A stretch of DNA of 64,000 nt from Eledone cirrhosa (lineage: Eukaryota): assembly GCA_964016885.1 (NCBI GenBank), contig OZ024746.1, positions 61,132,001 through 61,196,000 on the forward strand, in the 5' to 3' direction. The notes under the pieces are model-generated. The model worked only from the letters and a program-made list of their open reading frames with translations, was not told where the DNA came from and ran no database searches. Made by a program: the position numbers and the translations under genes. Each line of letters opens with the position of its first letter. The first letter of the stretch is position 1. Shown here piece by piece: positions 1-14,717 of this stretch.

Positions 1-300
1 TTTTCTTTGTTTCAATTTTCATTTTTATTGTTTATATATATATGTTTCTATGTCTTTTTTTCTTTTCTTATATAAATAATAAAAATATTTACACGCACAA
101 AACCCACATCGTACCGTCCTGTACCGTCCTGTGCCATCTGTAATGTTTTTCTTGATGTCAGCCCTTGTGGCCAATAAAGAAGTCATTATTATTATTAATA
201 TTATTATTATAAAACTCAAGTTAAACATATACCGTTGAGTGCTTGACATCTGTTAGATAAAAGTTAGTTGATTCTAAATCAACTAACTTATTTTCATTGA

Positions 301-431
<131 letters not shown>

Positions 432-533
432 ATATATATATATATACACACATAATATATATACATAAATATATATATGTACATATATATATATATAAAC
501 ATATATACATATATAATATATATATATATACAC

Positions 534-567
<34 letters not shown>

Positions 568-1004
568 GTGTATATATATATACATGTGCACGCGTGTGTG
601 TATTTATGTATGTTTTTGTACTTAAGAGTAAATTAATGCACGTACGTAAACACACACACACACACACACCCACATACACACGCACACACACACGCACCCC
701 CCCCCCCCCCACACACAATCAGTATACATATACATACATAAAAGTACCAACACAGAACATGCAAACAGACTTATATGTGGTTCATCAAAGAAACGCCAGG
801 AGGTGGTTTATCTTGGAGAATTTGGTAATTAGGTAAGCTAAGTGCTGTTTGTTACCTTAGAGTTCAAACAATCTCCCCCACCCTCAGCCACTATCACCTG
901 CTCATAAAGGTATACACGCATAATTACATACATATGTACATACTTACACACATGGTCGCAATTAGTATACATACGCAAACACTCACTCACGCATCACACA
1001 CACA

Positions 1005-1038
<34 letters not shown>

Positions 1039-1137
1039 TATACTCTTTCTCTGTCACACTCACCAATTCTCTATATCTCCCCCTCTCTCTCTCACTCTTT
1101 CTCTCTCTCTCTCTATATATATATATATACACACACA

Positions 1138-1201
<64 letters not shown>

Positions 1202-1274
1202 AACACACACAAACATACTCTTTCTCTCTCACACTCACCAATTCTCTATATCTCCCCCTCTCTCTCTCACTCTT

Positions 1275-1306
<32 letters not shown>

Positions 1307-1312
1307 CACACA

Positions 1313-1355
<43 letters not shown>

Positions 1356-1485
1356 ACTCTCTCACACACACACACAAACACACACACAAACATACTCTTT
1401 CTCTCTCACACTCACCAATTCTCTATATCTCCCCCTCTCTCTCTCACTCTTTCTCTCTCTCTCTATATATATATATACACACACA

Positions 1486-1520
<35 letters not shown>

Positions 1521-1620
1521 TCACACACACACACACTCTCTCTCTCTCTCTCTCACACACACTCACACACACACACATACACACACGGACATACTCTTTC
1601 TCTCTCTCACACTCACAAAT
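1039..1620. repeat. Composite minisatellite (~175-bp unit, 3+ copies)
   Basis: atactctttctctctcacactcaccaattctctatatctcccc recurs between CT/CA/AT tracts. Confidence 0.8.
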
Positions 1621-1835
1621 CTAATCAAACTATCTCTTTACCCCCCCCCCCCCTCTCTATATATATATATATAGAGAGAGAGGTAGAAAACTGGAAGGTA
1701 ATATCCGTAGTGGTAGAGCACTCAGTCCATGGGACGAGTTAGGTAGAAGTGGTTACACAACAGTTAGTTCACCATATTAAGAACAATTGTTTCACCTTAG
1801 CGGATCCTCAGCTCGTAATGGACATCCGAGCTGTC

Positions 1836-2101
1836 CAGGGAACTTCAACCGTTAAGGTTGTCTTTTTTCCGGGTATGTCAATATTTATTTATAAAACAAA
1901 TCTGTATTTTATCTGATGAAAGCGCACCATAATTTGCCTTGGTTGCCCTTGAAATATATATATAATAAAATAATTATGGTTTTATAAATATAGTTTCCAT
2001 TTATTAATATATTGAATATTTACTCCACTAAACTGTTGAGTGCTTTATATCAGTTATAAAATTTTTAAGCTGTTGAATCCCAACAAATTAAATATAACCT
2101 C

Positions 2102-2105
<4 letters not shown>
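1836..2105 (+). mobile_element. Solo pLTR-like repeat with hammerhead (1906-1971)
   Basis: attttat-CTGATGA-aagcgcacc...ggttgccctt-GAAA-(ta)n-TA-ataaaat. Ends aacctctgc(AT)n, matching the inverted end of the element at 21027. Confidence 0.75.
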
Positions 2106-2178
<73 letters not shown>

Positions 2179-2181
<3 letters not shown>

Positions 2182-2842
2182 TAGGTATACGTACATACAT
2201 ATATGTATACAGACGTACAGTAGTATGTATATATATATATACATACATGCGCACACATATATATATGTACGTATGGATTCACCGAACATTTATTATAATG
2301 CTCGGTGTGTTTGTAAACAAACATCCCGAATTAAGCCGTACAGTGTCTAGCAACCATCGTTGCTCATTTGTTCAACACTGACAAAGGAACGCTGTACTAG
2401 TTTCAAGCTTATTAGCTATCGTCAGCAACGTATACCTTCCTGCCAGATGGTTGAACGTCTGAAAGTATATACTTTCCTTATGCATATTAACGGCTGAGCA
2501 GCCTAATTTGCATATCGAGTGAGTTAATCGGCCGGGGTACCGAAAACGATAAACGGAAAAAATGAAACTAGTACAGCGTTCCTTTGCCAGTGTTGAACAA
2601 ATGAGCAACGATGGTTGCTAGACACTGTACGGCTTAATTCGGGATGTTTGTTTACAAAAACACCGAGCATTATAATAAATGTTCGGTGAATCCATACGTA
2701 CATATATATATATGTGCATGTATGTATATATATATACATACTACTGTACGTCTGTATACATATATGTATGTACGTATACATACTTATATTTAAGTAACAG
2801 CCGTACTAAGAGTGGGAAATGAAATTTCGTTTCATTTTTTCC

Positions 2843-2847
<5 letters not shown>
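2179..2847 (-). mobile_element. Retrozyme-like element, family B (~425-445-bp unit) with internal inversion; HHR at 2389-2431
   Basis: acgttg-CTGACGA-tagct aata agctt-GAAA-ctag-TA-cagcgt on the minus strand. Orientation flips near 2565. Flanked by (AT)n. Confidence 0.8.
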
Positions 2848-2888
<41 letters not shown>

Positions 2889-3572
2889 TATAGGAATAGA
2901 GTCAGGAACGCGACGGATGAGCTCCGGCCGTTTCGACAGCGGATCTAGCATTCGAAACGGCCGGAGCTCAGCCGCCGGGGTCCTGACTCTTTTCCTATTA
3001 ACCACTCTACTACTCTAAATATCGAGTACTCTGGTGCGTTATGGTCCACTTGGTTTCTTACCACCACACTTTCTTTGTTTTATATATATATATATATATA
3101 TTTACTACTATGACTGAATCTTAACCATCTACTATGTCAGGGTATGTCATGCATCATTTTATTTTATCTGATGAGGACGTACTGTTGAACTTAACTCAGT
3201 ACCTCTGGAATATGTATAATAAAATATAATTGATCACAAGAATATCTATTTTGTTAATATTTTGAATATATTCAAGGAAACAACACATCAGACCGGGTGA
3301 TGTGTTGTTTCCTTGAGCAAGACACTTTATTTCACGTTGCTCCAGTTTTACTCAGCTGTAGAAATGAGATGATAGGGACTGGGGTCCATATCATTCCACT
3401 GCAAAGTGCTCGTGCAGGTGCCATGGCGAAAAAGCACACAGCACTCACTGTAAATGAGGTTGGTGTTAGGAAGGGCATCCAGCTGTAGAAATCAAGCCAG
3501 AATCAATTCCCGTCCCACCCTTGCAAGCAGGGAAAAAGCGGACGTAAAATGAAATGATGATATATATATATA

Positions 3573-3639
<67 letters not shown>

Positions 3640-3939
3640 CGATTCGGGTACGAGGCCAACAATTTTGGGGGAGGGGAAAATCGATTAAATCGACCATATT
3701 GCGTTACTGGTATTTTATATTATCGATCCTGTAAGGATGAACGTCAAAGCTAGCCGTATATATATATATACATATACAACATCCATACAAACACATTTTA
3801 TCCAGAATGCCTAAAAACTATCATGTTCGCTTCTTTTATAAATATTATTATCATATTCATAAGACCGTTATCTAGGGAGGCATATACGATATGTATAGGT
3901 ATAATAAACATATATCAGTTTGGTTATGAATGCTTTATG

Positions 3940-4870
3940 CTGTGATCTGGAGATAAGACCGTTTCCAGCAACAGATTGATTCATACCCTATAAATAGTCA
4001 AGGAGTCACACTGAGTTTTCCTGTGATATCAAGATCTCTTAACTTATAACAGATGACTCCACGATCAATCTTGTCAAAGGCAAGGTATATGCGATCTGTG
4101 TCCATTGCTCACAGGAGATTATTAACGATAATAAACGTTATGGGGCTGTAATATCTATGTCAGACAACCCCGACCTATCCGAAAACAATGTTATGTATCA
4201 TTTAAGAGGTTGTTTTCCTAAAGTTAATTATTCTTTTTCGGATAATACGTCCTATAAATTTAGATGTATGAGATGTGAAAGAAACAGGTATGTAATTGTT
4301 AGCCCCAACTCTGCTACCTCCTTCGTGTATAGGTGTTGCTTCTTTCAGTAGTTCTGGGAATATGTCGATTTATAACAACCTATGGAATAACATACTTAAT
4401 GGTTTGGTAAGATTATTTTTGCACTTTTTCACCAGTGTAGTTGGGAGGCAAACTGGTCCTGGAGTTGAGTTTGAATCCAAATCATCATCTTTCCTAATAT
4501 TTTTAATTTCTAGGCTTATCTCTAAAGTTAAATTCTGCAGGTTGAAGAACTTGCTTAGGTTATACACTATATTGTTAATTATAGATTGGGAGGCTGCACA
4601 GTTTTATTGTTAACCCAAGAGTTCACATTGTGATGGATTATTAAGTGAGTATGTTTTTGATCCATTAAATGGCTATTTTGCTTATAATTACATGGCTTTC
4701 TATAGCAAAATTAAAGAAGAATTTAGGACTAGTCATCATATCCTCACTGATCGGTGTTCTTTCAGCGAACTTTCTTTTTAGGTCCAGTTTAATGCTCCTT
4801 ATTTTGTTATATTTTTCTCTATCTCATTTGGTGAGAAGGTTTGGATTTTTAGTTGTTTTGCCAGTTTGGT
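3940..4870 (-). mobile_element. Decayed LINE (CR1/L2/Jockey-like) reverse transcriptase fragment
   Basis: TPGPVCLPTTLVKKCKNNLTKPLSMLF...PIHEGGSRVGANNYIPVSFTS matches the start of a non-LTR RT; many lesions. Confidence 0.7.
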
Positions 4871-5124
4871 TCTGTTATGTATTCGTATCCATCTACTTCG
4901 TAGAATCAAATTCCTGCCGAAATAGGCATGTTTATATGGGCCATGCTTTGAACGCATCTTGATTATCTCTGCGTACTAAATATTATTCATTTTCTCGTTA
5001 ACATATATTTATAATATATTCCAGACTTATCGAGTCGCGTGGCCTATGGGTAACGATGATGACGTCAAATTCCCATTATATATATATATATATATATATA
5101 AAACGAAGGAAGTGTGTATGTATG

Positions 5125-5182
<58 letters not shown>

Positions 5183-5266
5183 TGTGTGTGCATGTATGTA
5201 TGTATGTATATGTCTATGTATATATGTATATATGTATATATGTATATATATATATACATATATGTG

Positions 5267-5315
<49 letters not shown>

Positions 5316-5318
<3 letters not shown>

Positions 5319-5470
5319 AACGAGTAGGATTCTGGACTAGAATTAGCCGTCGAAACGGCTTGAGCTCAGCCGTCGGGGTCCTACTCGTTCCTATTACCCA
5401 CTCTACTACCCTAAGTATTGAGTACTTTGGTGCGTTATGGTCCACCTGGTTCCTTACCACATTTCCTTCG

Positions 5471-5474
<4 letters not shown>
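5316..5474 (+). repeat. Short interspersed family D, always next to (AT)n
   Basis: Core gccgtcgaaacggcttgagctcagccgtcgggg. Copies at 2893-3082, 6545-6600, 11522-11717, 13220-13280, 13345-13403 and 48797-48935. Confidence 0.75.
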
Positions 5475-5535
<61 letters not shown>

Positions 5536-5824
5536 CAAATAACGAAACGAAATTAAATTTCGTTTCGTTTGTAACTCACTTTTGTATGACTGACGCTTAA
5601 ACAATTAAGTTAAAGATGTACATCCATATATGTATACTGAAATACTAGTATGTATATGAATACACACACGTATACATATGTAGGTGTACCAAGTTTTTTC
5701 ACTGGTCACTTTACTGTGAGTGGCCAGCTATTCTGTATGTAAACACACAGACAAACCGGTTTTTAGAGTCATACTGGTTTTTGAGGAAACACCTCTCCTC
5801 TATTCTTCAGAAAGCCAGACAAGG

Positions 5825-5869
5825 AATATTGAACTAGTTTCGTTGTTGTTACAACTCATCAGCAATATT
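5825..5869 (-). ncRNA. Type-I hammerhead ribozyme (family C, copy 1)
   Basis: aatattg-CTGATGA-gttgt aaca acaac-GAAA-ctag-TT-caatatt: perfect 7-bp stem I and 5-bp stem II. Confidence 0.88.
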
Positions 5870-6291
5870 TACCTATCTTCCGGCCTCTCTAGAGAATCGT
5901 AAAAGCACATATCGTTATATGCTTTTTCTATGAAAATTAGTAGTGGGCAGACTAATTTGCATAGAGTGTGAGTAAGTACCGGTTCAACGGAGACGATAAA
6001 AACAAATAACGAAACGAAATTAAATTTCGTTTCGTTTGTAACTCACTTTTGTATGACTGACGCTTAAACAATTAAGTTAAAGATGTACATCCATATATGT
6101 ATACTGAAATACTAGTATGTATATGAATACACACACGTATACATATGTAGGTGTACCAAGTTTTTTCACTAGTCACTTTACTGTGAGTGGCCAGCTATTC
6201 TGTATGTAAACACACAGACAAACCGGTTTTTAAAGTCATACTGGTTTTTGAGGAAACACCTCTCCTCTATTCTCCAGAAAGCCAGACAAGG

Positions 6292-6336
6292 AATATTGAA
6301 CTAGTTTCGTTGTTGTTACAACTCATCAGCAATATT
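6292..6336 (-). ncRNA. Type-I hammerhead ribozyme (family C, copy 2)
   Basis: Identical to 5825-5869, 467 bp further along. Confidence 0.88.
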
Positions 6337-7189
6337 TACCTATCTTCCAGTATGACTCTAAAAACCGGTTTGTCTGTGTGTTTACATACAGAATAGCTGG
6401 CCACTCACAGTAAAGTGACCAGTGAAAAAACTTGGTACACCTACATATGTATACGTGTGTGTATTCATATACATACTAGTATTTCAGTATACATATATGG
6501 ATGTACATCTTTAACTTAATTATATATATATACATTTATTAGAAAGAGTCGGGACTCGACGGCTGTGCTCTTGCCGTTTCGAGACGGTTAATTCCAGACT
6601 GTTGACAAAACTACCTCAGGGGCGTAACTTAGGTGATTGACGTGTCGGTAAATCGATAAGTTGTCCATATAAGGATAATTGTTTCTACTTTTTAGCACAG
6701 GGCCAGCAATTACCCAGTGTATTACTGGTACTTTATTTTATCAACCCCCGTAAGGATGAAAGGCAAAGTTAACCTCGGCAGGATTTGAACTCAGAATGTC
6801 AAGGGCCGTAACTCCATGCGCCAAAGCATGACGTCCGACCCTCTACCGATACTGCAATGGTTCTTTATAGGTTGTTAAAGAAAAGTTTTAGAATAAAATA
6901 TTTATACTTTTTATATATATTTTATATATTTTGTATACATTTTCCGAGAGTGGTTGTGTCTGTGGATATCTGTTTGCGCGTGTGTGTGTATGTGTTTGTG
7001 TGCGCGTGTGTGTGTGTGTCTATAATTTTTATTCTAATGTGTATATTTATCTATGCATGCATGGATGTATGTGTACATCTATGTGTGTATATTTAAATGA
7101 TGTATGTACGTATGCATGCATGCATTTATGTGTGTGTACATGTATGTATGTATGTATGTATGTATGTATGTATGTATGTATGTATGTAC

Positions 7190-7885
7190 TGTCAGGTCAC
7201 CACTTGGTGCTACTGGTAACATGTATCCCAGTACAACCTGTCTCATGGTCGGATCGTTGGCGACTAAACTGGCAACCCCACCAAGGTTTCTTGGTGAGGA
7301 GGGTGACTTTGGACATCCTGCAGGACTAAAAACAAAACCTGTCAAAGGGCAAAGGAGCTCTTAAGAGTCAATGGCCATCCAAAATCACCGGGAGAGATGA
7401 CCTCTTAGCCTTTGTCAAGGCAGAATTCTAGGAGAAGGAAGGCTCTGATATAACACCTGCAACCCTGATGGTATCCAATGATGTTGACTTGTTCTTCTTT
7501 TTGGTAAATATCATCTTGGTTAAGAGAGTGGGACTGGCTTTGTGCAGTGCCTTTGCTCACTATAAAAGCTTCATGGCACAGGCTTTGCTTTATATCTGGA
7601 GATCTCTCTGCACTTGTCGTCACATGGTACCATGGGCCCAGCACTATGTGTCAATAATTGTCACAAGTGTAGTGTTTGTACCAGAGTTTTCAAGTTGCTG
7701 GCTGGACTAAAAAGTCACACTCGTTCAGCGCATCGGTAGGGGTTCTCCTACATGGATATAAAGTAGTGGCCGTACTCGAAAACGAGTTGGCAGCCACCAT
7801 GTATCCATATAGATGTGTGTATGTATATGTACATATATGTATGCATATATATATATATGTATATATGCGTGTGTGTATACATATG

Positions 7886-7917
<32 letters not shown>

Positions 7918-8147
7918 TGTATGTATGTATGTATGTATGTATGTATGTATGTATGCATATGTATATATGTATGCATATGTATGTATGTATGCATATGTAT
8001 GTATGTATGCATATGTATGTATGTATGCATATGTATGTATGTATGTATATGTGTGTATGTGTATGCATATATATATATATATATATATGTATGTATATAT
8101 ATATATATATTTATATATATGTGTGTATGTATATATATGTATATATG

Positions 8148-8178
<31 letters not shown>

Positions 8179-8271
8179 ATATATATGTATGTATATGTAT
8201 ATGTATGTATGTATGTATATGTATGTATGTATGTATGTATATATATATGTATGTATATATATATATGTGTG

Positions 8272-8340
<69 letters not shown>

Positions 8341-8387
8341 ATGTATGTATGTATATGTATATATGTAGGTATATATATGTGTGTATG

Positions 8388-8468
<81 letters not shown>

Positions 8469-9122
8469 GTATGTATATATACATATATATGTATATATGT
8501 ATAAATGTATATGTCAGGTCCCCAATTGGTGCTACTGGTAACATGTATCCCAGTACAACCTGTCCCATGGTCGGGTCGTTGGCGACTAAACTGGCAACCC
8601 CACCAAGGTTTCTTGGTGAGGAGGGTGATTTTGGACATCCTGCAGGACTAAAAACAAAACCTGTCAAAGGGCAAAGGAGCTCTTAAGAGTCAATGGCCAT
8701 CCAAAATCACCGGGAGAGATGACCTCTTAGCCTTTGTCAAGGCAGAATTCTAGGAGAAGGAAAACTCTGATATAACACCTGCAACCCTGATGGTATCCAA
8801 TGATGTTGACTTGTTCTTCTTTTTGGTAAATATCATCTTGGTTAAGAGAGTGGGGACTGGCTTTGTGCAGTGCCTTTGCTCACTATAAAAGCTTCATGGC
8901 ACAGGCATTGCTTTATGTCTGGAGATCTCTCTGCACTTGTCGTCACATGGTACCATGGGCCCAGCACTATGTGTCAATAATTGTCACAAGTGTAGTGATT
9001 GTACCAGAGTTTTCAAGTTGCTGGCTAGACTAAAAAGTCACACTCGTTCAGCGCTTCGGTAGGAGTTCTCCTACATGGATATAAAGTAGTGGCCATACTC
9101 GAAAACGAGTTGGCAGCCACCA
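7190..9122 (+). mobile_element. Two copies (7190-7799, 8512-9122) of a ~610-bp non-coding interspersed element (family A) set in (TATG)n
   Basis: Near-identical copies with fixed ends tgtcagg...gcagccacca. Further copies at 50597-51162 and 63611-64000. Confidence 0.8.
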
Positions 9123-11439
9123 TGTATGTATGGATGTGTGTGTACACATTTGTGTGTAATGTATGTATGTATGTATGGATGGATGTGTGTGTACACATTT
9201 ATGAGTGTATGTTATGTATGTATGTATGTATTTATGTATGCATGGATGTGTGTGTACACATTTATGTGTGTATGTTATGTATGTATGTATGTATGTATGT
9301 ATGTATGTATGTATGTATGTATGTATGCATGGATGTGTGTGTGTACACATTTATGTGTATGTATGTATGTATGTATGCATGTATGTATGTATGTATGTAT
9401 GCATGTATGTATGTATGCATGGATGTGTGTGTGTACACATTTATGTGTATGTATGTATGTATGCATGTATGTATGTATGCATGGATGTGTGTGTGTACAC
9501 ATTTATGTGTGTATGTGTGTATGCATGTATGCAGGGATGTATGTGTCAACCTATTTAACCCTAGTATAACCTCCGATTCTCATAACATTAAACTAATGGA
9601 TCTTTGTTATAATATAAACAAAATAAAAACATTAAACAAGAACAACAATAACAATAACAACAATAACAACAAGAACAACAATAACAACAATAACAACAAC
9701 AACAATAACAAAATCAACCAGAAAGTAATATTTAACATATCAGGCATAAGGTGAACTTAAACCAACTCCTCCTAAATTAAATATTCTATACCAATGGACG
9801 GCAGCGAACTGGCAGAGTCGTTAGAACGTCGGATACAATGCTTTGCAAGTATTCATTACGGCTCTCTGATATCTGAGTTCAAATCCCACCGAGGTCAACT
9901 TTGCCTTTGATCTTTCGAGGGCTATACGCAAAGTAAAAGTCCAGTACTGGGCTCGATTCTTATATATCTCTTTCTCACATTCTATCTCTTGTTCTCCTAC
10001 TCTCTCGTCCTCTATCTCACTCCCTGCCCCTCTCTTACTCTAAAAGAAGTCGTCTGGTTTAAGTGCTCAAGTGACGACGGCGCCCCTACATTAACAGTTA
10101 AGTGCTTAATACCGAAATATTTTTATGAACAAAGCAAAGAATCTGGCACAGAAATTATTTCCTTGCAGGTTGGTAAACATCAATCACATCCGATTTCTCA
10201 GGTTACCTTAATAACAGCTCATACCAGACTACAGGAAGTCACTGTAATTTTAATGTTGGTGTCAGAGAGATAGAGAAAGGAATATGAAAGCAGAGGAGAG
10301 AGTGGCTTGGCAAAAGATAGATAGAGAGAGAGAAAGAGAGTGGGGGAGAGAAAAAGGAGAAAGAGTGAGGGAGACGGCACCATCATCACATCGCTTGTTA
10401 TTTACTCTCAACTTCCAAGCAATAGCCCACCTTCCGGTGGCGAGGCCACATATTTATATACATATGCATGCATACATATATAATCAAAGATATATGCAAG
10501 TGTATATATATATATATATATATAGTCCCCCCCCCCCCCCACTACCTCGTCCGCTGTCATACACGCGCGCGCACATTCACCCCCTAGGTTCCTTTGGCTC
10601 TGTTACGATTAGAAACACACTCTTACAACTTTGTAAAGACCAACAACCTCTACACTTACACTCACCCATATGTACGGACCAATAACTACACACACACACA
10701 CACACACACACGCGCGCGTAAACATTCTCAATTAATTAGTTTCTTGACTGTGTAAAAAAAATGTTTATGAAAATAATTCTTATTAAGAATTATTTTCATA
10801 AACTTATCCCCCCTCCCCTTTTTCTTTAAGAAGTGTGAACAATTACAAGTTTTTGTTTTCTTTCTGTAAACAAGAGGCGAATTTTAATCAATAAAGAATT
10901 AACTTATCTAAGTCCAAGTTATTTAGTTTAGCTCATTGTTTTAAAAACTAGATTAGTCAAGAATCTTCGTAACACTCTATCCTGTTAAAGTTGAATATGT
11001 TATTTTATGTATATATCAATCGATATTTTATAATAAATGTTCGGATTTATTCCTTGGAATCTTACTTTGAGCTTCTCCTACAGGTGATATGGCACATGTT
11101 TGAGATTTTCTCAAACATGACATCTATATTTTTGAATGCAATATATATATATATATATTTACACACACGGTAAACAACGAAGGCCACATGTTGTCCTTAT
11201 GCGTCACAACGTTTCTCCTCGGAAAACACTCCTGTTGATGGATGGGAAATCCAAAATATAAGGACTATTAAATTGCTTCCAAGGTAACTCTATCTCGTGT
11301 TATTATTTTTTACACTTTTCCTACGTTTGTTTACGCTCTCTACGTATCTTTCAACGCTCCCTCTTACATCTCTCTCATTACCACCTGATTCTGTTACCCG
11401 GAGATTTATCCACCTGCATTGTTGAGGCTTCAAAAACGA

Positions 11440-11525
<86 letters not shown>

Positions 11526-11849
11526 CGAAGGAAATGTGGTAAGGAACCAGGTGGACCATAACGCACCAAAGTACTCAATACTTAGGGTAGTAGAGTGGGT
11601 AATAGGAACAAGTAAGACCCCGACGGCTGAGCTCAAGCCGTTTCGACGGCTAATTCTGGACTCAGAATTAGCCGTCGAAACGGCTTGAGCTCAGCCGTCG
11701 GGGTCTTACTTGTTCCTATATATATATATATATTAAATTCAGCGTTAGGATGCTAGAGTCCTGTATGGTCTCTCCCTCAGTCAGACTACACACATACACA
11801 CGTGTTTAATTGTCCTCTTTCTCTCTCTCTCTTTTCCTTTCTCTCTCTC

Positions 11850-11887
<38 letters not shown>

Positions 11888-13181
11888 GTAAATTAGTGTT
11901 GGCACATTTAATGTATAGATAATAGAAAAGTGTATTGAGAAAAAAATCTCTATTAATCAAGTCCTTGGGGTTATTTCCTCTTCTCCGGTAAGTTCGAGAA
12001 ACAATTCCGGACAACTTTCGGTCTTATTTTAAACCTTACACACAAGATTGTACTTTTGTTAGCGTAGAAAAATATTATTGTTTAACAATTAAATAATTCT
12101 AAGACTTTATTGTCACGAACAATAATAGGTAAAGCAACGCTAACATAGATATGCGGTGAGGGAATAGCAATATTAGTCTCCAAGTGGTGTTATTTCTAGT
12201 TTTCAAAGAATTACTTGTTAATGTATATAAGATACATTTAGGGCAGTGGATTGGCAGTATCGGTGGTGCGCCGGACAACATGCTTTACGGCATAGCTTAG
12301 GGTTAGGCCCCTTTACGATCTGAGTTCAAATCCTGCCGAGGTTAACTTTGCCTTTCAACGTTATGGGGCTGATAAAAGGAAGCACCGGTAATGCACTGGG
12401 ATCGATTTAACCGGCTTGCCCCCCCCCCCCCCCCCAAAAAAAAAGAAAAATTGTTGGCCTTGTACCTAAATCAGAAACCAATATAAAGGATACATCATCA
12501 AGTGATAAAGATTTGTTAATGAAGCTAATGAGTGAGAACAATTACTTAACAAGCCACATAGCCTACCAATGAATCCCATTCGTATGTGAGAATATACTTT
12601 ATTGTAAGCAAGACGCTTTATTTCACGTTGCTCCAGTTTACTCAGTTGTAGAAATGAGTTGCGATCTTGCCAAATCAATGGGTGGCAGTAGTTCCAGCTG
12701 CCACCCATCGAAAGACTGGTGTAGTGGTTCTGAGAACGATGCAGCTTTGCAGATGATCAATGCAAATTGACAATGGAAAGGGGCTCCCGCTCGAGTTAGT
12801 AGAGAACTATTGACCTTCAAGGAGAAGCAGCGACCCCTGATTGTATTCAGCAACCGAAATAAATATGAAGTACACCAAATCCAATGCTCCTGGGGCTGGT
12901 TCTACTTGTTTGCGAGTGTAAACTCGGCCAGATTACATTAGATTAGATTAGATTAGATTTATTCTAACTGCGGAAAAGCTAAATAAACCCGAACAAGCAT
13001 TGAACTGCACTCTTTCAGTTGTTAAAGTATAATCTGTTAAGGTGTTATATCGCGAATATTTTGTTTAGAGTAAGGCTACAAATATTTTTCTGATATACAT
13101 TTAATTGGTTTGCTTGTATACTGATATGTCGCATAAGGTTGTAATTTTCTTTATAGATATACATATATATATATATATATA

Positions 13182-13215
<34 letters not shown>

Positions 13216-13279
13216 CATATTAGTCCAGAATTAGCCGTCGAAACGGCTTGAGCTCAGCCGTCGGGGTCCTATTCATTCC

Positions 13280-13344
<65 letters not shown>

Positions 13345-13403
13345 TAGTCCAGAATTAGCCGTCGAAACGGCTTGAGCTCAGCCGTCGGGGTCCTATTCAT
13401 TCC

Positions 13404-13448
<45 letters not shown>

Positions 13449-13454
13449 ATATAT

Positions 13455-13844
13455 TAGGCTGAGCAGCCTAATTTGCATATCGAGTGAGTTAATCGGGCCG
13501 TACTAAGAGTGAGAAATGAAATTTCCTTTCATTTTTTCCGTTTATCGTTTTCGGTGCCCCGGCCGATTAACTCACTCGATATGCAAATTAGGCTGCTCAG
13601 CCGTTAATATGCATAAGGAAAGTATATACTTTCCGACGTTTAATCATCTGGCAGGAAGGTATACGTTGCTGACGGTAGCTAATAAGCTTGAAACTAGTAC
13701 AGCGTTCCTTTGTCAGTGTTGAACAAATGAGCAACGATGGTTGCTAGACACTACGGCTTAATACGGGATGTTTGTTTACAAACACACCGAGCATTATAAG
13801 AAATGTTCGGTGAATCCATACGTACATATATATATGTGTGCATG

Positions 13845-13880
<36 letters not shown>

Positions 13881-13983
13881 CTACTGTACGTCTGTATACA
13901 TATATGTATGTACGTATACATACTTATATTTAAGTAACAGCCGTACTAAGAGTGAGAAATGAAATTTCGGTTCATTTTTTTCC

Positions 13984-13988
<5 letters not shown>
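13455..13988 (+). mobile_element. Retrozyme-like family B copy; HHR at 13663-13705 (core variant CUGACGG)
   Basis: Slightly more than one unit, with terminal redundancy at 13497 and 13940. A short inverted piece precedes it and (AT)n follows. Confidence 0.75.
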
Positions 13989-14057
<69 letters not shown>

Positions 14058-14516
14058 ACATCTGCTGCGTACGTGCGTGCATATATATAATGTGACATGC
14101 GTCTGTATACAATAAAAAGACACGATAGAAATACATAGCCGAAACAAAATTGTTTGATGGATAAATAAAGGATGAAAGAATTGTAGTTAAAGCTAAACAA
14201 AGGGATAATATAATGCACCTGTTTTGTGGGCGTGTCAGTATGATAATGGTGTCAGTATAATGGTGTGGAAGACGAGAACTGGAGTATAAAAACAGGGTTG
14301 ATGTGTTGAAGTGCTATACAGTGGTATACAGATTTATATTGAAGGCGTAAGCGATTGTATGTATGTATGTATGTATGTATGTATGTATGTATGTATGTAT
14401 GTATGTATGTATGTATGTATTGGATTGGATTGTAACATAAATCCCCGCCGTTATTATAAAACTTCTTAATAAAAAGAACGGCGGGAATTTATGTTACAAC
14501 ATAATATGTATGAGTG

Positions 14517-14553
<37 letters not shown>

Positions 14554-14648
14554 ATAAAGTATTTCTGTGGAAAAGGTAAAGGAAATAAGAGTGCTCTGTG
14601 TATAGTACAGAGCTATTTTATTATGTAATAAACAACACAATATAATTA

Positions 14649-14717
14649 TTCCATTACCCAAGGTTTCACGAAGACAGGCGACCTCCACAGAGGCGCCCGA
14701 AGTCGTTCATCAGAAGG

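Larger units (their letters stand above)
5531..6521 (-). mobile_element. Retrozyme-like element, family C (467-bp unit, ~1.75 copies plus an inverted segment)
   Basis: Direct repeat starting at 5531 and 5998. Segment ~6348-6521 is inverted. (AT)n on both sides. HHR in both units. Confidence 0.8.

Noticed and set aside
232-272. Possible short exon (ESTNFYLTDVKHST) resembling an FN3 start
   Set aside because: Weak acceptor and too short to support.
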